This document shows positions 63,653 to 64,000 of a stretch of 64,000 nucleotides of DNA, in pieces (within the stretch, counting starts at the first letter, position 1; each line of letters begins with the position of its first letter). This DNA comes from Lama glama. Taxonomy: Eukaryota. The stretch lies in contig CM052817.1 in the NCBI GenBank assembly GCA_028534125.1, forward strand, positions 14,076,001 through 14,140,000, in the 5' to 3' direction. The translations under genes and the position numbers were made by a program. The notes below the pieces were generated by a model, which had not been told where the DNA came from, searched no databases, and worked only from the letters and a program-made list of their open reading frames with translations.

Positions 63653-64000
63653 TATGATATTGTGACTTATAGTAAGACATATATATATTTGGTCTTTGTT
63701 CCCATTTCTAGCACAGAGCTCTGAAAACCCCTGGAATTCTCTTTAAATGGTGAGAGCAGTAAAGGTGTTTTTTTGTTATATTAATGAGGTTACTTGGAAA
63801 CTACACCTAAAGATGGGGGCTGCTTGCCAGGAGAACCAACCTCCTAACTAGAAAGTTAGAAATTTCTGTTTCATCCCTCTGACCTTGAAGAGGGGTGAGG
63901 AGATAGAAGCAGACTTAATCGCCAATGGCCACCAATTTCATCTATCATGACAATGTAGTTAAGTTTCCATAAAAACCCAAAGGACGAGGTTCAGAGGGCC
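63653..64000 (+). mobile_element. MER21-family LTR, 5' part (continues past window)
   Basis: tatgatattgtga...atatttggtctttgttccc...gcacagagctctgaaaacccctggaatt...gccaatggcc. Confidence 0.85.

Noticed and set aside
1..64000. CRISPR arrays, operons or prokaryotic systems
   Set aside because: The sequence is mammalian; no regularly spaced repeat-spacer array or gene-dense region was seen.

Overview
AT-rich mammalian genomic DNA, most likely camelid (alpaca/llama/camel), judged from two tRNA-derived Vic-1-type SINEs at ~45.4-45.7 kb plus cetartiodactyl-type L1 3' ends, Tigger2a-type MITEs and an ERV1 solo LTR. I recognise no intact host protein-coding exon, RNA gene or CpG-island promoter, so the window looks intergenic or deep-intronic. 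It is dominated by transposon fossils: about 27 MIRs, about a dozen L2 fragments, 8 L1 insertions, about 12 LTRs (MaLR MLT1, LTR16, MER21, ERV1) and DNA transposons (Tigger2a-like x2, MER82, MER81, MER20, MER113A, Zaphod, Kanga1). The only ORFs in the track with recognisable protein homology are L1 ORF2 remnants (24178-24997). The points worth checking are a SINE dimer sharing one TSD, a solo LTR with a perfect TSD, nested transposons, opposite strand bias of L1 and LTR elements, a decayed coiled-coil-like reading frame at ~51.75-51.96 kb, and several unique segments with exon-like or enhancer-like signals. I found no convincing novel biological system. Repeat family names come from recalled consensus sequences, not a database run, and most boundaries are approximate.
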